In this document: piece by piece, positions 32,820 to 43,166 of the stretch
How the letters are laid out: each line of letters opens with the position of its first letter
How positions within the stretch are numbered: position 1 is the stretch's first letter
NCBI GenBank assembly: GCA_963848305.1
Contig: CAWKDC010000001.1
Span: 1,440,001-1,504,000, forward strand
Origin: an uncultured Gammaproteobacteria bacterium
Lineage (GTDB): Bacteria; Pseudomonadota; Gammaproteobacteria; JABCZS01
Reading direction: 5' to 3'
Length of the DNA stretch: 64,000 nt
Translations under genes and position numbers: made by a program
Notes under the pieces: model-generated
The model's input: only the letters and a program-made list of their open reading frames with translations
Databases searched by the model: none
What the model was told of the DNA's origin: nothing

Positions 32820-33159
32820 TTTAAAATATCCTGTGACGATTAGACGCTTGAGCAAAAGTGATGGGGGTGGATATTTAGTGGAATTTCCCGATTTACCTGG
32901 TTGTTATGCAGACGGCGACACTATTGAAGAAGCTTTAATTGAAGCAGAAAGTGCGATGAATTCATGGATAGCAGCTGCTAAAGAATTTAAAGAGGAAGTC
33001 CCACAGCCTGAAAAATTCAGTGGGCAATGGCGAATGCGTGTTCCTAAAAGTTTGCATGCAGCATTAACAAAGCGTGCAAAAGTGGAAGGCGTGAGCTTAA
33101 ATGCATTGGCCAGTATTTTATTGGCAGAAGGATTGGAAAGACATGCGTCAAAACACTGA
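32809..33159 (+). CDS. hicB: HicB-family antitoxin
   Basis: GGGYLVEFPDLPGCYADGDTIEEA; RHH domain FSGQWRMRVPKSLHAALTKRAKVEGVSLN. Confidence 0.92.
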   Translation: MMNDLKYPVTIRRLSKSDGGGYLVEFPDLPGCYADGDTIEEALIEAESAMNSWIAAAKEFKEEVPQPEKFSGQWRMRVPKSLHAALTKRAKVEGVSLNALASILLAEGLERHASKH

Positions 33160-33628
33160 CATTCAAGATGTTGTACAACAATTGGCCGAACATTGTTTGG
33201 AACACGGCTACAAAATCGCGACAGCAGAATCGTGCACAGGGGGTTGGGTGTCTCATGCCATCGTATCATTGCCCGGTAGTTCTGCCTGGTTTGAGGCAGG
33301 GTTGGTCACCTATAGCAACGAGGCTAAGATCAATTTGTTGCAAGTATCTCCCGTTCTAATCGATGCAAAAGGAGCGGTTTCAGAAGAAGTGGCACGAGCA
33401 ATGTTGCAAGGCGTTTTGGCGAATACACAGGCAACACATGCAGTGGCTGTCACAGGTATCGCAGGTCCTGGCGGTGGTTCACCTGATAAACCGGTGGGCT
33501 TGGTGTGGTTTGCGTGGGGTGACGCACAAGGTCGTGTGGTAACAGCACAAAAAAACTTCAGCGGTGATCGCAATGATGTGCGCGCTCAAGCTGTATTACT
33601 TGCTTTAGAGGGATTGCGAGACTTTTAA
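33143..33628 (+). CDS. pncC: CinA/PncC nicotinamide-nucleotide amidohydrolase
   Basis: ATAESCTGG, TYSNEAK, GAVSEEVA, TGIAGPGGG..KPVG; upstream of recA. Confidence 0.92.
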   Translation: MRQNTDIQDVVQQLAEHCLEHGYKIATAESCTGGWVSHAIVSLPGSSAWFEAGLVTYSNEAKINLLQVSPVLIDAKGAVSEEVARAMLQGVLANTQATHAVAVTGIAGPGGGSPDKPVGLVWFAWGDAQGRVVTAQKNFSGDRNDVRAQAVLLALEGLRDF

Positions 33629-33722
33629 AAAAATATCCTATTTTGTTTGATTGGGTATATACTTCAAACATTCGGGCAGGCGCATATGCGTCAATTAAAA
33701 TCAAATAAACGAGAGGGTTCTC

Positions 33723-34775
33723 ATGGCAATTCCACCAGTCAGTCAAGAAAAATTGCAAGCCGTTGCGACGGTGAAGGCACAAATTGAACGTCAATATGGT
33801 AAAGGTTCTATTTTGCAAGGCCGCGATGGCAACGTGATTCAAGACATCGAATTTTATTCCACCGGTTCTATCGGTCTCGACATTGCATTGGGTGGCGGTT
33901 TGCCGCGCGGGCGAGTCGTTGAAATTTACGGGCCCGAATCATCTGGTAAGACAACACTCACCTTGCAAGTGATTGCAGAGTGTCAAAAAGCGGGTGGGAT
34001 TGCTGCTTTCATCGATGCTGAACATGCATTGGATCCTGTCTACGCACAAAAATTGGGCGTGAATATGGATGATTTGGTGATTTCACAGCCAGACAGTGGT
34101 GAGCAAGCGCTCGAAATCGTAGACAAATTGGTGTCTTCGAATGCATTCGGCGTGATTGTGATTGACTCTGTTGCTGCGCTGACACCCGAAGCCGAATTGA
34201 AAGGCGATATGGGTGACTCACACATGGGTTTACATGCACGACTGATGTCGCAAGCGCTGCGCAAGCTTACCGGCAATATCAAACGTGCCAATACGTTGGT
34301 GATTTTTATTAACCAAATCCGCATGAAAATCGGCGTGATGTTTGGCAGCCCTGAAACAACCACGGGTGGTAATGCGCTGAAATTCTACGCTTCTGTGCGT
34401 TTGGATATTCGTCGCACAGGCGCTATCAAAGCCGGTGAAGAAGTGATTGGCAGTGAAACCCGTGTGAAAGTCGTGAAGAATAAAATTGCGCCACCGTTTA
34501 AACAGGCAGAATTCGATATTCTATACGGCGAAGGCACATCACGCGAAGGTGAAATCATTGCAATTGGATCTGATTTAGGTATCGTTGAAAAATCGGGTGC
34601 TTGGTACAGTTATAATGGTGAACGTATTGGTCAAGGTAAAGACAATGTGCGTCAGTATTTGAAAGAACATCCTGCTGTGGCTCAAGCCATTGAAGCGGCA
34701 ATCCGTGCCAAACGTATCATTCCAAATGTGATGGTATCCTCGGCCGAGGCAGAAGAAGCGCTTGAAGAAGTGTGA
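33723..34775 (+). CDS. recA: Recombinase RecA
   Basis: [30 protein letters not shown]. Confidence 0.99.
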   Translation: MAIPPVSQEKLQAVATVKAQIERQYGKGSILQGRDGNVIQDIEFYSTGSIGLDIALGGGLPRGRVVEIYGPESSGKTTLTLQVIAECQKAGGIAAFIDAEHALDPVYAQKLGVNMDDLVISQPDSGEQALEIVDKLVSSNAFGVIVIDSVAALTPEAELKGDMGDSHMGLHARLMSQALRKLTGNIKRANTLVIFINQIRMKIGVMFGSPETTTGGNALKFYASVRLDIRRTGAIKAGEEVIGSETRVKVVKNKIAPPFKQAEFDILYGEGTSREGEIIAIGSDLGIVEKSGAWYSYNGERIGQGKDNVRQYLKEHPAVAQAIEAAIRAKRIIPNVMVSSAEAEEALEEV

Positions 34776-35223
34776 TAGCATCCCACTCACGCCGGAGCGA
34801 GCCCGCAGTTACGCTGTCTCGCTCTTGGCGCGTCGTGAGTATAGTCGCAAATCATTGGGTGATCGGTTGATCGAGAAGGGCGCACCACCTGAGATTGCTG
34901 ATGCCGTATTAGATCAATTACAACAAGAGGGTTATCAAAGCGATGAACGGTTCATTGCCAGCCTGGTGCGAGTGCGCATTGCGCAGGGGAAAGGCCCTTG
35001 CGTGTTGTATCAAGAAATCAAAGAACATCATATTGCTAAAGCGCTATTAGACGCTGCGATCCATGCCGAGTCTCCAGATTGGGTTGCATTGGCTGCCGAA
35101 GCCTTGAACAAACGTTTTGGCGAAAAAGCACAGACGTTCCAGGAAAAAGGAAAACAATATCGTTTCTTGATGATGCGGGGGTTTGAGAAGGATCAGATTC
35201 AGTTGGCAATGCAAAACCTATAA
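34762..35223 (+). CDS. recX: Regulatory protein RecX
   Basis: [27 protein letters not shown]; follows recA. Confidence 0.92.
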   Translation: MKKCDSIPLTPERARSYAVSLLARREYSRKSLGDRLIEKGAPPEIADAVLDQLQQEGYQSDERFIASLVRVRIAQGKGPCVLYQEIKEHHIAKALLDAAIHAESPDWVALAAEALNKRFGEKAQTFQEKGKQYRFLMMRGFEKDQIQLAMQNL

Positions 35224-35264
35224 ATTTTTATAATAAAAAACAAGATGATAATGCAAATTGCATT

Positions 35265-35426
35265 ATGTGTCCCAATGGGGTGCAATCAAAATGAATCATG
35301 AACTTTTAACAATTGTAGAATTGCCCTTCTTTTTGTTTGAAGTTGGCAGTACCATTGCGGCTTGGGTTAACGCAAGAGGCAGTTGAAAGTATTTTTCATC
35401 AGGATGAGCCATGAAGTAATGAGAAG
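35265..35426 (+). pseudogene. Possible collapsed HigB/HigA (RelE-HTH) toxin-antitoxin relic
   Basis: MNHELLTIVELPFF (35291) resembles a HigB-2 N-terminus; LRLGLTQEAV and EP/EVMRR resemble HigA HTH and C-terminus; all matches are short. Confidence 0.35.
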
Positions 35427-35442
35427 GCCGCAGGCGCCTTCC

Positions 35443-36168
35443 TCATAATACAAAATCCTCGCCCAAATACACTTTGCGGACTTGGGGATTGGCCAGAATG
35501 TCGGTCGGAGTGCCTTCCGCGATCAACTGGCCGCGGCCCATGATGTAGGCAGAGCCGCAAATATCCAATGTTTCACGCACATTGTGATCGGTGATTAAAA
35601 CGCCAATCCCACGTTTGGCCAAATGCCGAATGATTTCTTTGATGTCGACGATGGAGATGGGATCAACGCCCGCAAAAGGTTCATCCAATAAAATAAACTG
35701 CGGATTGGCCGCGAGGGCGCGGGCAATTTCAACACGGCGGCGTTCCCCGCCCGACAAACTTTGCCCTAAACTATTGGCAATGTGTTCAATGTGAAATTCA
35801 GCCAATAATTGTTCACACTGTTGTTTGCGTTCCACTTTTGATAACTCAGGGCGCAGTTCCAGAATCGCCATGATATTGTCGTGCACGGATAATTTGCGAA
35901 ACACGGAGGGTTCTTGCGGCAAATAACCCAATCCTAAACGCGCACGCATGTGCATGGGCAGGGCAGTGACATCGACCTCATTCAAATATATTTTGCCTTT
36001 GTCGCAAGGCACAAGTCCCACCATCATATAAAAACACGTGGTTTTCCCCGCACCATTCGGACCCAATAACCCGACAATGTTACCACTTTGTACAGTCATA
36101 GAAATGTCTAGGACAATGGTGTTTTGCTTATACGACTTGTGCAAATGGGCAGCGGTTAATGTGGGCAT
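35443..36168 (-). CDS. lptB: LPS export ABC ATPase LptB
   Basis: [48 protein letters not shown]. Confidence 0.97.
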   Translation of the reverse strand: MPTLTAAHLHKSYKQNTIVLDISMTVQSGNIVGLLGPNGAGKTTCFYMMVGLVPCDKGKIYLNEVDVTALPMHMRARLGLGYLPQEPSVFRKLSVHDNIMAILELRPELSKVERKQQCEQLLAEFHIEHIANSLGQSLSGGERRRVEIARALAANPQFILLDEPFAGVDPISIVDIKEIIRHLAKRGIGVLITDHNVRETLDICGSAYIMGRGQLIAEGTPTDILANPQVRKVYLGEDFVL

Positions 36169-36171
36169 ACA

Positions 36172-36657
36172 TTACTCTCGTGGTTTCAAAGTGATGGTGG
36201 TGCGCCCGCCTTGATGTTCAGGCGACCGCACAAGTTTTTGTTTCGTGTCATATTCGATCACAGGGGCTTCATACACATCGCCGCCTTGTTCAACGCGGGC
36301 AGCTTGTTGTAGCGTTAATTCCTGTGTGACATTGTTATAAATAATGGTATTGGCCTGTGCGTGAAACAGGGGTTTGTTGGGATCTGGCAATGATTGATGT
36401 GTCGCCGGGTGGCCGTACACAATGATTTTTTCAATCATGTCACTGTCACCACGATATATTTCTAATTTATCCCCATTGAGTCGACGGGTTCCTTGTACTG
36501 CTTCAACATGGCCCTGATAGGTCGCAATGCCTTCTTTTTGCCGGTATTCAAATGTTTCTGACGAGATGGACAATATTTCCAAGTCATCATTTGCGATGAC
36601 AGGGCTGACGCAGACAACCCAGCATAAAAGCGTCCTAGCTGCTAGGCGATTGAGCAT
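36172..36657 (-). CDS. lptA: LPS transport periplasmic protein LptA
   Basis: Signal peptide; YQGHVEAVQG, beta-jellyroll pattern; lies between lptC and lptB. Confidence 0.88.
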   Translation of the reverse strand: MLNRLAARTLLCWVVCVSPVIANDDLEILSISSETFEYRQKEGIATYQGHVEAVQGTRRLNGDKLEIYRGDSDMIEKIIVYGHPATHQSLPDPNKPLFHAQANTIIYNNVTQELTLQQAARVEQGGDVYEAPVIEYDTKQKLVRSPEHQGGRTTITLKPRE

Positions 36658-37216
36658 GTTCGCTCCTTACTTGACTGAACAATTCCACAGACTGTTTATC
36701 GAAAAAAGCTTTTAACCCTACCCCTGTGAGCAGTTGCCCAGGTTGTTTCAAAGAGACGGCTTGATCCGTTTGCGCAAACTCTTGTTCTGGAAAAATCGCA
36801 ATGGTAGACGTTGTCATGTGGGTGGGGCGATCAGGCCTGTCTTGCCACAGGGTCACATTTTGCCATAAATCTAAGCGATCAATGTCGGTGGTGCGTTTGC
36901 CATGAAACGTACGACCCTTATTTCCCGACAAATGCCAGGGTTCCTTTTTGTCATTGAATAAAGTAAAGCTGGGATTGAATAAATCCGTCATGTTTTGCTC
37001 TGTGTAATGTAACATTTTATCCGCATGAAACTCGCGTTTCGGTAAACCCTTTTCATTCATTTCAATCACGCGCACATCGACGCCAAACCATTCTGGCACA
37101 TAAGCGACAGCTTGTGTGACCGGTTCATCATCTGTGGCAGGCATGAGTTCCCACACAATGAACGCGGAACCCACAAATAGTATCAGTAATTGAAAGAGAG
37201 TGCGGGTATGCTTCAT
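36635..37216 (-). CDS. lptC: LPS export protein LptC
   Basis: N-terminal TM, AQTDQAVSL, GVGLKA, LFSQVRS; synteny. Confidence 0.88.
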   Translation of the reverse strand: MKHTRTLFQLLILFVGSAFIVWELMPATDDEPVTQAVAYVPEWFGVDVRVIEMNEKGLPKREFHADKMLHYTEQNMTDLFNPSFTLFNDKKEPWHLSGNKGRTFHGKRTTDIDRLDLWQNVTLWQDRPDRPTHMTTSTIAIFPEQEFAQTDQAVSLKQPGQLLTGVGLKAFFDKQSVELFSQVRSEHAQSPSS

Positions 37217-37728
37217 TGGAATTGTTCCTCAATGGGCGCACCCAATGCGCTCAATAGGCGATCACATATTTCCCGCACGGCGCCGTTGCCGCCTTTGCGT
37301 TCAGTGATCCAGTCGGCGTATTGTAATAACAATGGAGTGGCGTTGGCAACTGCAATGCCTAAACCCACACGGCGCAGTAAAGCGAGATCGGGTAAGTCAT
37401 CGCCCACATAAGCCACCGCGCTGTCATCAAGATTGAGTTTTGTGAGCAGGTCATTGTATGCGGCCATTTTATCATCGACACCCGTATATACATGTTCAAT
37501 GCCGAGATCACGCATGCGGGCGATTGTGGCTTTGGCCTTGCACTTGGTGATGATGGCGACCGCGATGCCTTGCTTCATCAACAATTTCAAACCGAGGCCG
37601 TCGTGCACATGGAAACTTTTCAACGCGACGCCATTGGCATCATAAGTGAGTGTGCCATCCGTCAGAACGCCGTCGACGTCAGTGATGAAAAGTTTGATGC
37701 GTTGTGCATGTTCATGTATGTCGTTCAT
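37213..37728 (-). CDS. kdsC: KDO 8-phosphate phosphatase
   Basis: DVDGVLTDG, FHVHDGLG, YVGDDLPD, GGNGAVREIC. Confidence 0.95.
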   Translation of the reverse strand: MNDIHEHAQRIKLFITDVDGVLTDGTLTYDANGVALKSFHVHDGLGLKLLMKQGIAVAIITKCKAKATIARMRDLGIEHVYTGVDDKMAAYNDLLTKLNLDDSAVAYVGDDLPDLALLRRVGLGIAVANATPLLLQYADWITERKGGNGAVREICDRLLSALGAPIEEQFQ

Positions 37729-38720
37729 CAGATCACCTGTGCGTGTAGTAAATCTTGCATGTTAAGCGCACCGACCAGGGCGCCAGTGTCATTCACAATC
37801 AATAACCCGTTGATGCGTTTTTTCTCCATCATACCCAATGCGGTGGCGGCCAACGTGCCGGCGGGGATGGTTTCACAGGGTGTGGTCATTTGGGTTTCAA
37901 GCCGGGTGACGTGGATATCAAGATTGCGTGTGAGCGTGCGGCGCAAATCGCCATCTGTGAAAATGCCGAGCACATGGGATTGTGCATCCACAATAGCAAT
38001 CATGCCCAGGCCTTTTTGCGTCATTTCCATCAAGGCTTGCGTGATGGTCATGTCAGGTGAAGCTTTGGGGAGCGCGTCTCCCGTGTGCATGATGTCATCG
38101 ACTTTCAGTAATAAACGCCGACCCAGGGTGCCGGCAGGGTGGGATAAGGCAAAGTCTTCTGCAGTAAAGCCTCGGCGTTCTAGCAGCGTCACTGCCAAAG
38201 CATCTCCCATCGCGAGGGCGACCGTGGTACTGGTGGTGGGGGCAAGGCCTAGCGGGCAGGCTTCCTTCTCCACACTGACGTCCAAATGGATAGTAGCGGC
38301 TTGAGCGAGAGGAGACTGGGGGTTACCTGTCATGGCCACTAAAGGGACGCCCAGGCGCTTTAAGAAGGGGATAAGGCTCATGACTTCATCCGTTCGGCCT
38401 GAGTTTGATAGACAGAGAACGGCATCTTGCTGGGTGATCATGCCCATGTCGCCATGGCATGCTTCAGCAGGATGGACAAAAAAGGCGGGGGTGCCGGTAG
38501 AGGCCAGGGTGGCAGCGATTTTCTTACCAATATGGCCGGATTTGCCCATGCCGATGACAATCACGCGGCCAGTGGTGCCCAGGAAAATATCACAGGCATC
38601 GATGAAATGTTGATTGATGCGTGCTTTGAGGGCTAAAATCGCGCTGGCTTCATTGTCCAAGACGGATTGGGCGAGGGTGATCATTTTATTAGTATGTGTT
38701 TGATTCGACAATGTTTTCAT
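37728..38720 (-). CDS. kdsD: Arabinose 5-phosphate isomerase
   Basis: GMGKSGHIG..STGTP, EACPLGLAPTTST, SIS and CBS domains. Confidence 0.96.
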   Translation of the reverse strand: MKTLSNQTHTNKMITLAQSVLDNEASAILALKARINQHFIDACDIFLGTTGRVIVIGMGKSGHIGKKIAATLASTGTPAFFVHPAEACHGDMGMITQQDAVLCLSNSGRTDEVMSLIPFLKRLGVPLVAMTGNPQSPLAQAATIHLDVSVEKEACPLGLAPTTSTTVALAMGDALAVTLLERRGFTAEDFALSHPAGTLGRRLLLKVDDIMHTGDALPKASPDMTITQALMEMTQKGLGMIAIVDAQSHVLGIFTDGDLRRTLTRNLDIHVTRLETQMTTPCETIPAGTLAATALGMMEKKRINGLLIVNDTGALVGALNMQDLLHAQVI

Positions 38721-38853
38721 GAGGTGCCTGCATGGAGTCTAGAAAAAAGTCAGCACCGGTATTATGGCATAATTCAGTGTGAAAAACCACATGAGGTGAT
38801 GGGGGGCGCTGGCTCATGGCTTATGCAAGTTGGGCTGGCATCATGTTGGCCCA

Positions 38854-39288
38854 TTACCATATGGCGCAAGGTTCGTTGGAATCACGCTGGCAGCCGGAAA
38901 TGGTTAACGTGGGGTTACCCGCCTCGCCAACGCCTTTAACAATAGTGCCCCAATGCTTGCATTTATGGCCAGTGCTGGCATTTCCTGTGCAAGCTTTTTC
39001 TGACGCCTCAATGCAAGGAAAGCTGCCGTAATCAACATAGTGGTAATAACCATCAGGATTTGAGTCGGCATCGATAAAAATATTGGTGCAATCATCTACT
39101 AGGATATACTTACCATTGTTATCTCGATTTGTGATGGGGCAGTCACGAGCCGGGTTTCCGGCGCCACCGTTCGTCGTATAATTTCGGCACGCTATTGCTG
39201 TGGGTGCGAGGGCAAAAGTTCCCAGTGTCGCCAATGTCAGAATCATCGTGTTAATCATGATGAGTGATGTTTTAAATGCAGTGTTCAT
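38854..39288 (-). CDS. Orphan secreted cysteine-rich protein
   Basis: Signal peptide ending A-I-A; 8 Cys in the mature part; GGGAG RBS. Confidence 0.65.
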   Translation of the reverse strand: MNTAFKTSLIMINTMILTLATLGTFALAPTAIACRNYTTNGGAGNPARDCPITNRDNNGKYILVDDCTNIFIDADSNPDGYYHYVDYGSFPCIEASEKACTGNASTGHKCKHWGTIVKGVGEAGNPTLTISGCQRDSNEPCAIW

Positions 39289-39408
39289 GGCATGCTCCCA
39301 TTTGTATAGCATAGCACAGCTTTTGGCTTGCACAAGCATGGCTGGGGAATTTGAACAATCTGTCTGTAAGCCCTAGACGCGCACTGAGATCGGTGCTTAA
39401 ATAAGAGC

Positions 39409-40206
39409 ATGAAAAACAAACTTGAGATCAGTCAATTACGGTTCAATCGGGGTGAGCGTGTCATCTTTGACGGGGTGAGCCTTGTCGTGCCGGAAGGCAA
39501 AATCACGGCCATCATGGGCCCCAGTGGCACCGGCAAAACCACTTTGCTGCGCTTCATGACAGGGTTATTAAAGCCCGACTCGGGTGAAGTGCGTTTAAAC
39601 GGTGAGTCTGTCCCTCATGCGTCACGCGAACGCTTGAATAAAATCCGTCAAAAAATGGGCATGTTGTTTCAAAATGGCGCATTATTTACGGACATGTCAG
39701 TGTTCGACAATGTCGCGTTTGCCTTGCGCGAGCACACGCGGTTGCCTGAGCGCTTGATCCGCGACTTGGTATTATTGAAATTGGAAGCCGTGGGCTTGCG
39801 GGGCGCACATCGCCTGATGCCGCGAGAATTATCGGGCGGGATGAACCGTCGTGTGGCGCTGGCTCGCTCCATTGCGCTTGATCCGGAAGTGATTTTGTAT
39901 GATGAGCCATTTGCAGGACAAGATCCGATTTCCATGGGTGTGCTGATCCGCCTCATCAAGCAATTGCATGAAGCCTTGGGACTGACCTCTGTCATTGTTT
40001 CTCACGATATCGCTGAAACAGCCAGCATTGCCGACTATATTTACTTGATGGCCAATGGGAAAATCATTGGTGAAGGCACACCTGAGGCGCTCGAGGCCTC
40101 TCATTACCCTGAAGTGAAACAATTCATGCGGGGCGAAGCGGACGGCCCTGTTCCCTTTCATTATCCCGGTGTGCCGCTCGACGTTGATTTATGGGGAGAT
40201 GCGTGA
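39409..40206 (+). CDS. mlaF: Phospholipid ABC transporter ATPase MlaF
   Basis: [41 protein letters not shown]. Confidence 0.95.
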   Translation: MKNKLEISQLRFNRGERVIFDGVSLVVPEGKITAIMGPSGTGKTTLLRFMTGLLKPDSGEVRLNGESVPHASRERLNKIRQKMGMLFQNGALFTDMSVFDNVAFALREHTRLPERLIRDLVLLKLEAVGLRGAHRLMPRELSGGMNRRVALARSIALDPEVILYDEPFAGQDPISMGVLIRLIKQLHEALGLTSVIVSHDIAETASIADYIYLMANGKIIGEGTPEALEASHYPEVKQFMRGEADGPVPFHYPGVPLDVDLWGDA

Positions 40207-40987
40207 TGTTTCGTTTTATAGCGAGTATGGGCGCGCAAGTGTTGGGCGTCATCAAAGAAATTGGCGAAGCCTCGCTGTTGCTGTTTTCTGTTTTGTTTTC
40301 GCGGCCGGATCTCCGCAGAGGACTGATTTGCTGGTCCGTCAAATGTTCTCCGTGGGCGTGTTGTCATTGCCGATCATTATTTTTGCTGGCTTGTTTGTTG
40401 GAATGGTATTGGGTTTACAGGCCTATACTAATTTGGTGAAGTTTGGTGCATCGCAAGCCACAGGCACGCTGGTGGCGTTGTCGCTTGTGCGCGAATTGGG
40501 ACCCGTGGTGGCGAGCTTGCTTTTTGCTGGTCGTGCCGGTTCAGCGCTCACCGCTGAAATCGCACTATTGAAGACAACAGAGCAGCTGGATTCGCTCAGT
40601 TTGTTGGGGGTGGATCCCATCAAACGGGTAATTGCTCCTCGGTTTTGGGCGGGCTTGTATTCATTGCCCATTTTAGCAACCATTTTTTCCGCCGTCGCCA
40701 TTTGGGGCGGCTCATTGATTTGTGTGGATTGGTTAGGATTGGATGCGGGTAGTTTTTGGTCTAACATGCAATCGGCTGTGCATTTCCGGGAAGACATTGT
40801 GAATGGGATCATTAAAAGTGTCGTATTTGGATTTGTGTGCACCTGGATTGCTGTGCATCAAGGGTACGCCGCCTTGCCTACGTCAGAAGGGATAGGCTAT
40901 GCCACCACGCGGACAGTCGTGTACTCGTCATTGTCTGTGTTGGCGCTCGATTTTGTTTTAACCGCTGTGATGTTTTCAGATTTTTAA
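40206..40987 (+). CDS. mlaE: MlaE permease (apparent frameshift ~40322)
   Basis: ATG 40206 MFRFIASMG...RPDLRRG joins [14 protein letters not shown] in another frame; [19 protein letters not shown]. Confidence 0.92.
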
Positions 40988-40996
40988 AGGAGAATA

Positions 40997-41464
40997 ATGA
41001 TGTCAAAATATGGTCGCATCGAAATGCTGGTCGGGCTTTTTGTGTTGATGGGTATCCTGTCACTCTGCGCGTTGGCCTTTAAAGTAAGCGGTTTAACGAG
41101 TTTGTCACAAGAAGGCGCAAGTTATCATGTTACCGCGGCCTTCACTGAAATCGGGGGGCTGAAAGTGCGTGCCCGTGTGGCCGTGGCGGGGGTGCCTGTG
41201 GGGCGCGTGACGTCGATCAAGCTGGATGAAAATGGTTTTCAAGCCATTGTGACCATGAGCATTCATGCCAATGTCGATCGTTTACCAACCGATACCATTG
41301 CGTCGATTGCAACATCGGGTTTGATAGGCGATAATTATGTGATGCTGGCTCCTGGAGCCGATGATACTTTCTTGAAAGACGGTAGCCGCATTGAACTGAC
41401 GGATCCTGCCATTGTGCTGGAACGTTTGATTGGCCAATTCTTATACCGCTCCGGACAAAAATGA
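40997..41464 (+). CDS. mlaD: MCE protein MlaD
   Basis: FTEIGGLKVRA.V..AGV.VGRV, TSGLIGDNY, LERLIGQFL. Confidence 0.95.
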   Translation: MMSKYGRIEMLVGLFVLMGILSLCALAFKVSGLTSLSQEGASYHVTAAFTEIGGLKVRARVAVAGVPVGRVTSIKLDENGFQAIVTMSIHANVDRLPTDTIASIATSGLIGDNYVMLAPGADDTFLKDGSRIELTDPAIVLERLIGQFLYRSGQK

Positions 41465-41471
41465 GGATCCT

Positions 41472-42173
41472 ATGAAACTGATCAAAGCACTCTTGTTGAC
41501 AATGTGGGTAATGTGCCTGCCATTTGAATTGTGGGCAGATGACAAGCCTGCAGCTGCACCAGTATCCTCCTCAGCCGTCACCGTTCCTTCCGCAGAAGAC
41601 AATCGCACAGCCACACAAGTGTTGAAAGACGTGTCCGATAAATTGATTGCCCGGTTGAATAAGGACAAAGTCGCTATCAAAAAAGATCCCTTTGTTATCA
41701 TTGATATCGTTGATACAATTATCATGCCTGTCACAGATTTCAACCTGATTGCCAAGCGTGTATTGGGTCAGAATTGGGTTCATGCGACGCCTGCACAGCA
41801 GCAGCTGTTTTTGAAAGAATTCAAATTACTGCTCATCGTGACGTACATTGCTGCTTTCCGTTCTTATGAAAATCAATCGGTCGATTTTAAACGTGAGCTG
41901 CCCAGTCAAAATGATAAAGACCGTGTTCTCGTTCAAACCTTGATTCAGCAACCGGGTTCACCGCCCATTCCAGTGAATTACAGTATGCACAAAGTGGATG
42001 ATCCGAAAAGTGAAGGCAAATACCGCTGGGTTGTCTATGATTTCAACGTCGATGGCGTTGGTTTAACAAGCAGTTTCCGCCAACAATTTAATCAAGCGAT
42101 TCAGGAAAAGGGCATGGATAAAATGTTGAAAGACATGCACGATAAAAATGAATCTTTTTTTGGCAGGGAATAA
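41472..42173 (+). CDS. mlaC: Periplasmic phospholipid-binding protein MlaC
   Basis: Signal peptide; VLGQNW..ATPAQQQ.F, WVVYDFNVDGV.L..SFRQQF. Confidence 0.92.
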   Translation: MKLIKALLLTMWVMCLPFELWADDKPAAAPVSSSAVTVPSAEDNRTATQVLKDVSDKLIARLNKDKVAIKKDPFVIIDIVDTIIMPVTDFNLIAKRVLGQNWVHATPAQQQLFLKEFKLLLIVTYIAAFRSYENQSVDFKRELPSQNDKDRVLVQTLIQQPGSPPIPVNYSMHKVDDPKSEGKYRWVVYDFNVDGVGLTSSFRQQFNQAIQEKGMDKMLKDMHDKNESFFGRE

Positions 42174-42451
42174 TGACGACGCTGCGCACAACACCCAACG
42201 GGGTGATGATTGAAGGCGAGCTCACTGTCAACGTGATACCAGGGTTGATTGATCAAGGTAATACATTGATCAAACAATCCGTCGGGGATGTCACGTTTGA
42301 TTTATCTGGCGTGACACATGTCGACAGTGCCAGCTTGGCCTTGCTCATCGATTGGGTACGCTATGCTAAGCGCGAAAAGAAAGTATTGCGTTTTAAGCAT
42401 CTGCCCGGAAAAGTCGTGCAGATGATGAAGTTATCGAATTTGAATTTGTAA
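42173..42451 (+). CDS. mlaB: STAS-domain protein MlaB
   Basis: DLSGVTHVDSASLALL; synteny. Confidence 0.9.
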   Translation: MTTLRTTPNGVMIEGELTVNVIPGLIDQGNTLIKQSVGDVTFDLSGVTHVDSASLALLIDWVRYAKREKKVLRFKHLPGKVVQMMKLSNLNL

Positions 42452-42553
42452 GGAAAGGGTGCAAAATCCCCCACCTCGCTTCGCTCGGTTGCTCCCTTTT
42501 TCTAAGGGCGCGTTAATCCTCGGGGCACAGCTTCGTTTACCTAGGAGACACAA

Positions 42554-43045
42554 ATGAAAACACTCGCCAGCACACTCCTTCTTTGCGCCAGCACCCTTGC
42601 TTTCGCATCAGGCTCTGTCGATTACACTTGCCAATACACTGATACAGGAATCATGCTGGCCATTCTGAACCCCGTCGACAAGGTGCTCGAACGTTCCAAA
42701 ACCGATGATGCTGCAAATAAATGGAAAGCCTGCAGTGTGGGTGAGGCCAGTGCCTTGACCTTCCAAGGCGATCAGCCACGTGAGCTGACAGTGAAAGAAT
42801 CCGATTGCCTGCCCAAGGTATTTAAAGTTTCGTTTACCCCGAGTCAAGCTGTGAGCATCAGCAGCGAGCTAAGCCACGACAGTGCGCCTTTTCGCCGTTG
42901 GAATGTGAATGGCAATAAACGTGCCTCTGATGTTTTCTCGCCAGAGCATGGCAAGGGAACACAAGTCACAGTCCCCGCCTCACGCTATGAAGTGATGTGG
43001 CTTGGATTTTGTGAGGGGACGACGTTCACCTTCAAACCCCTCTAA
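42554..43045 (+). CDS. Orphan secreted protein
   Basis: AGGAG RBS; signal peptide MKTLASTLLLCASTLAFA; 4 Cys in the mature part. Confidence 0.7.
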   Translation: MKTLASTLLLCASTLAFASGSVDYTCQYTDTGIMLAILNPVDKVLERSKTDDAANKWKACSVGEASALTFQGDQPRELTVKESDCLPKVFKVSFTPSQAVSISSELSHDSAPFRRWNVNGNKRASDVFSPEHGKGTQVTVPASRYEVMWLGFCEGTTFTFKPL

Positions 43046-43166
43046 AGCATTATCGGGATCGACGTTCTTGTGTCGGGGCACTTTTGCACTTCTTTTTCAG
43101 GTTTATTAAACCCGATCAACCGTTTTAATATGGTGTTCATGATGTAGGCAGATTTTGACTCTGTGA

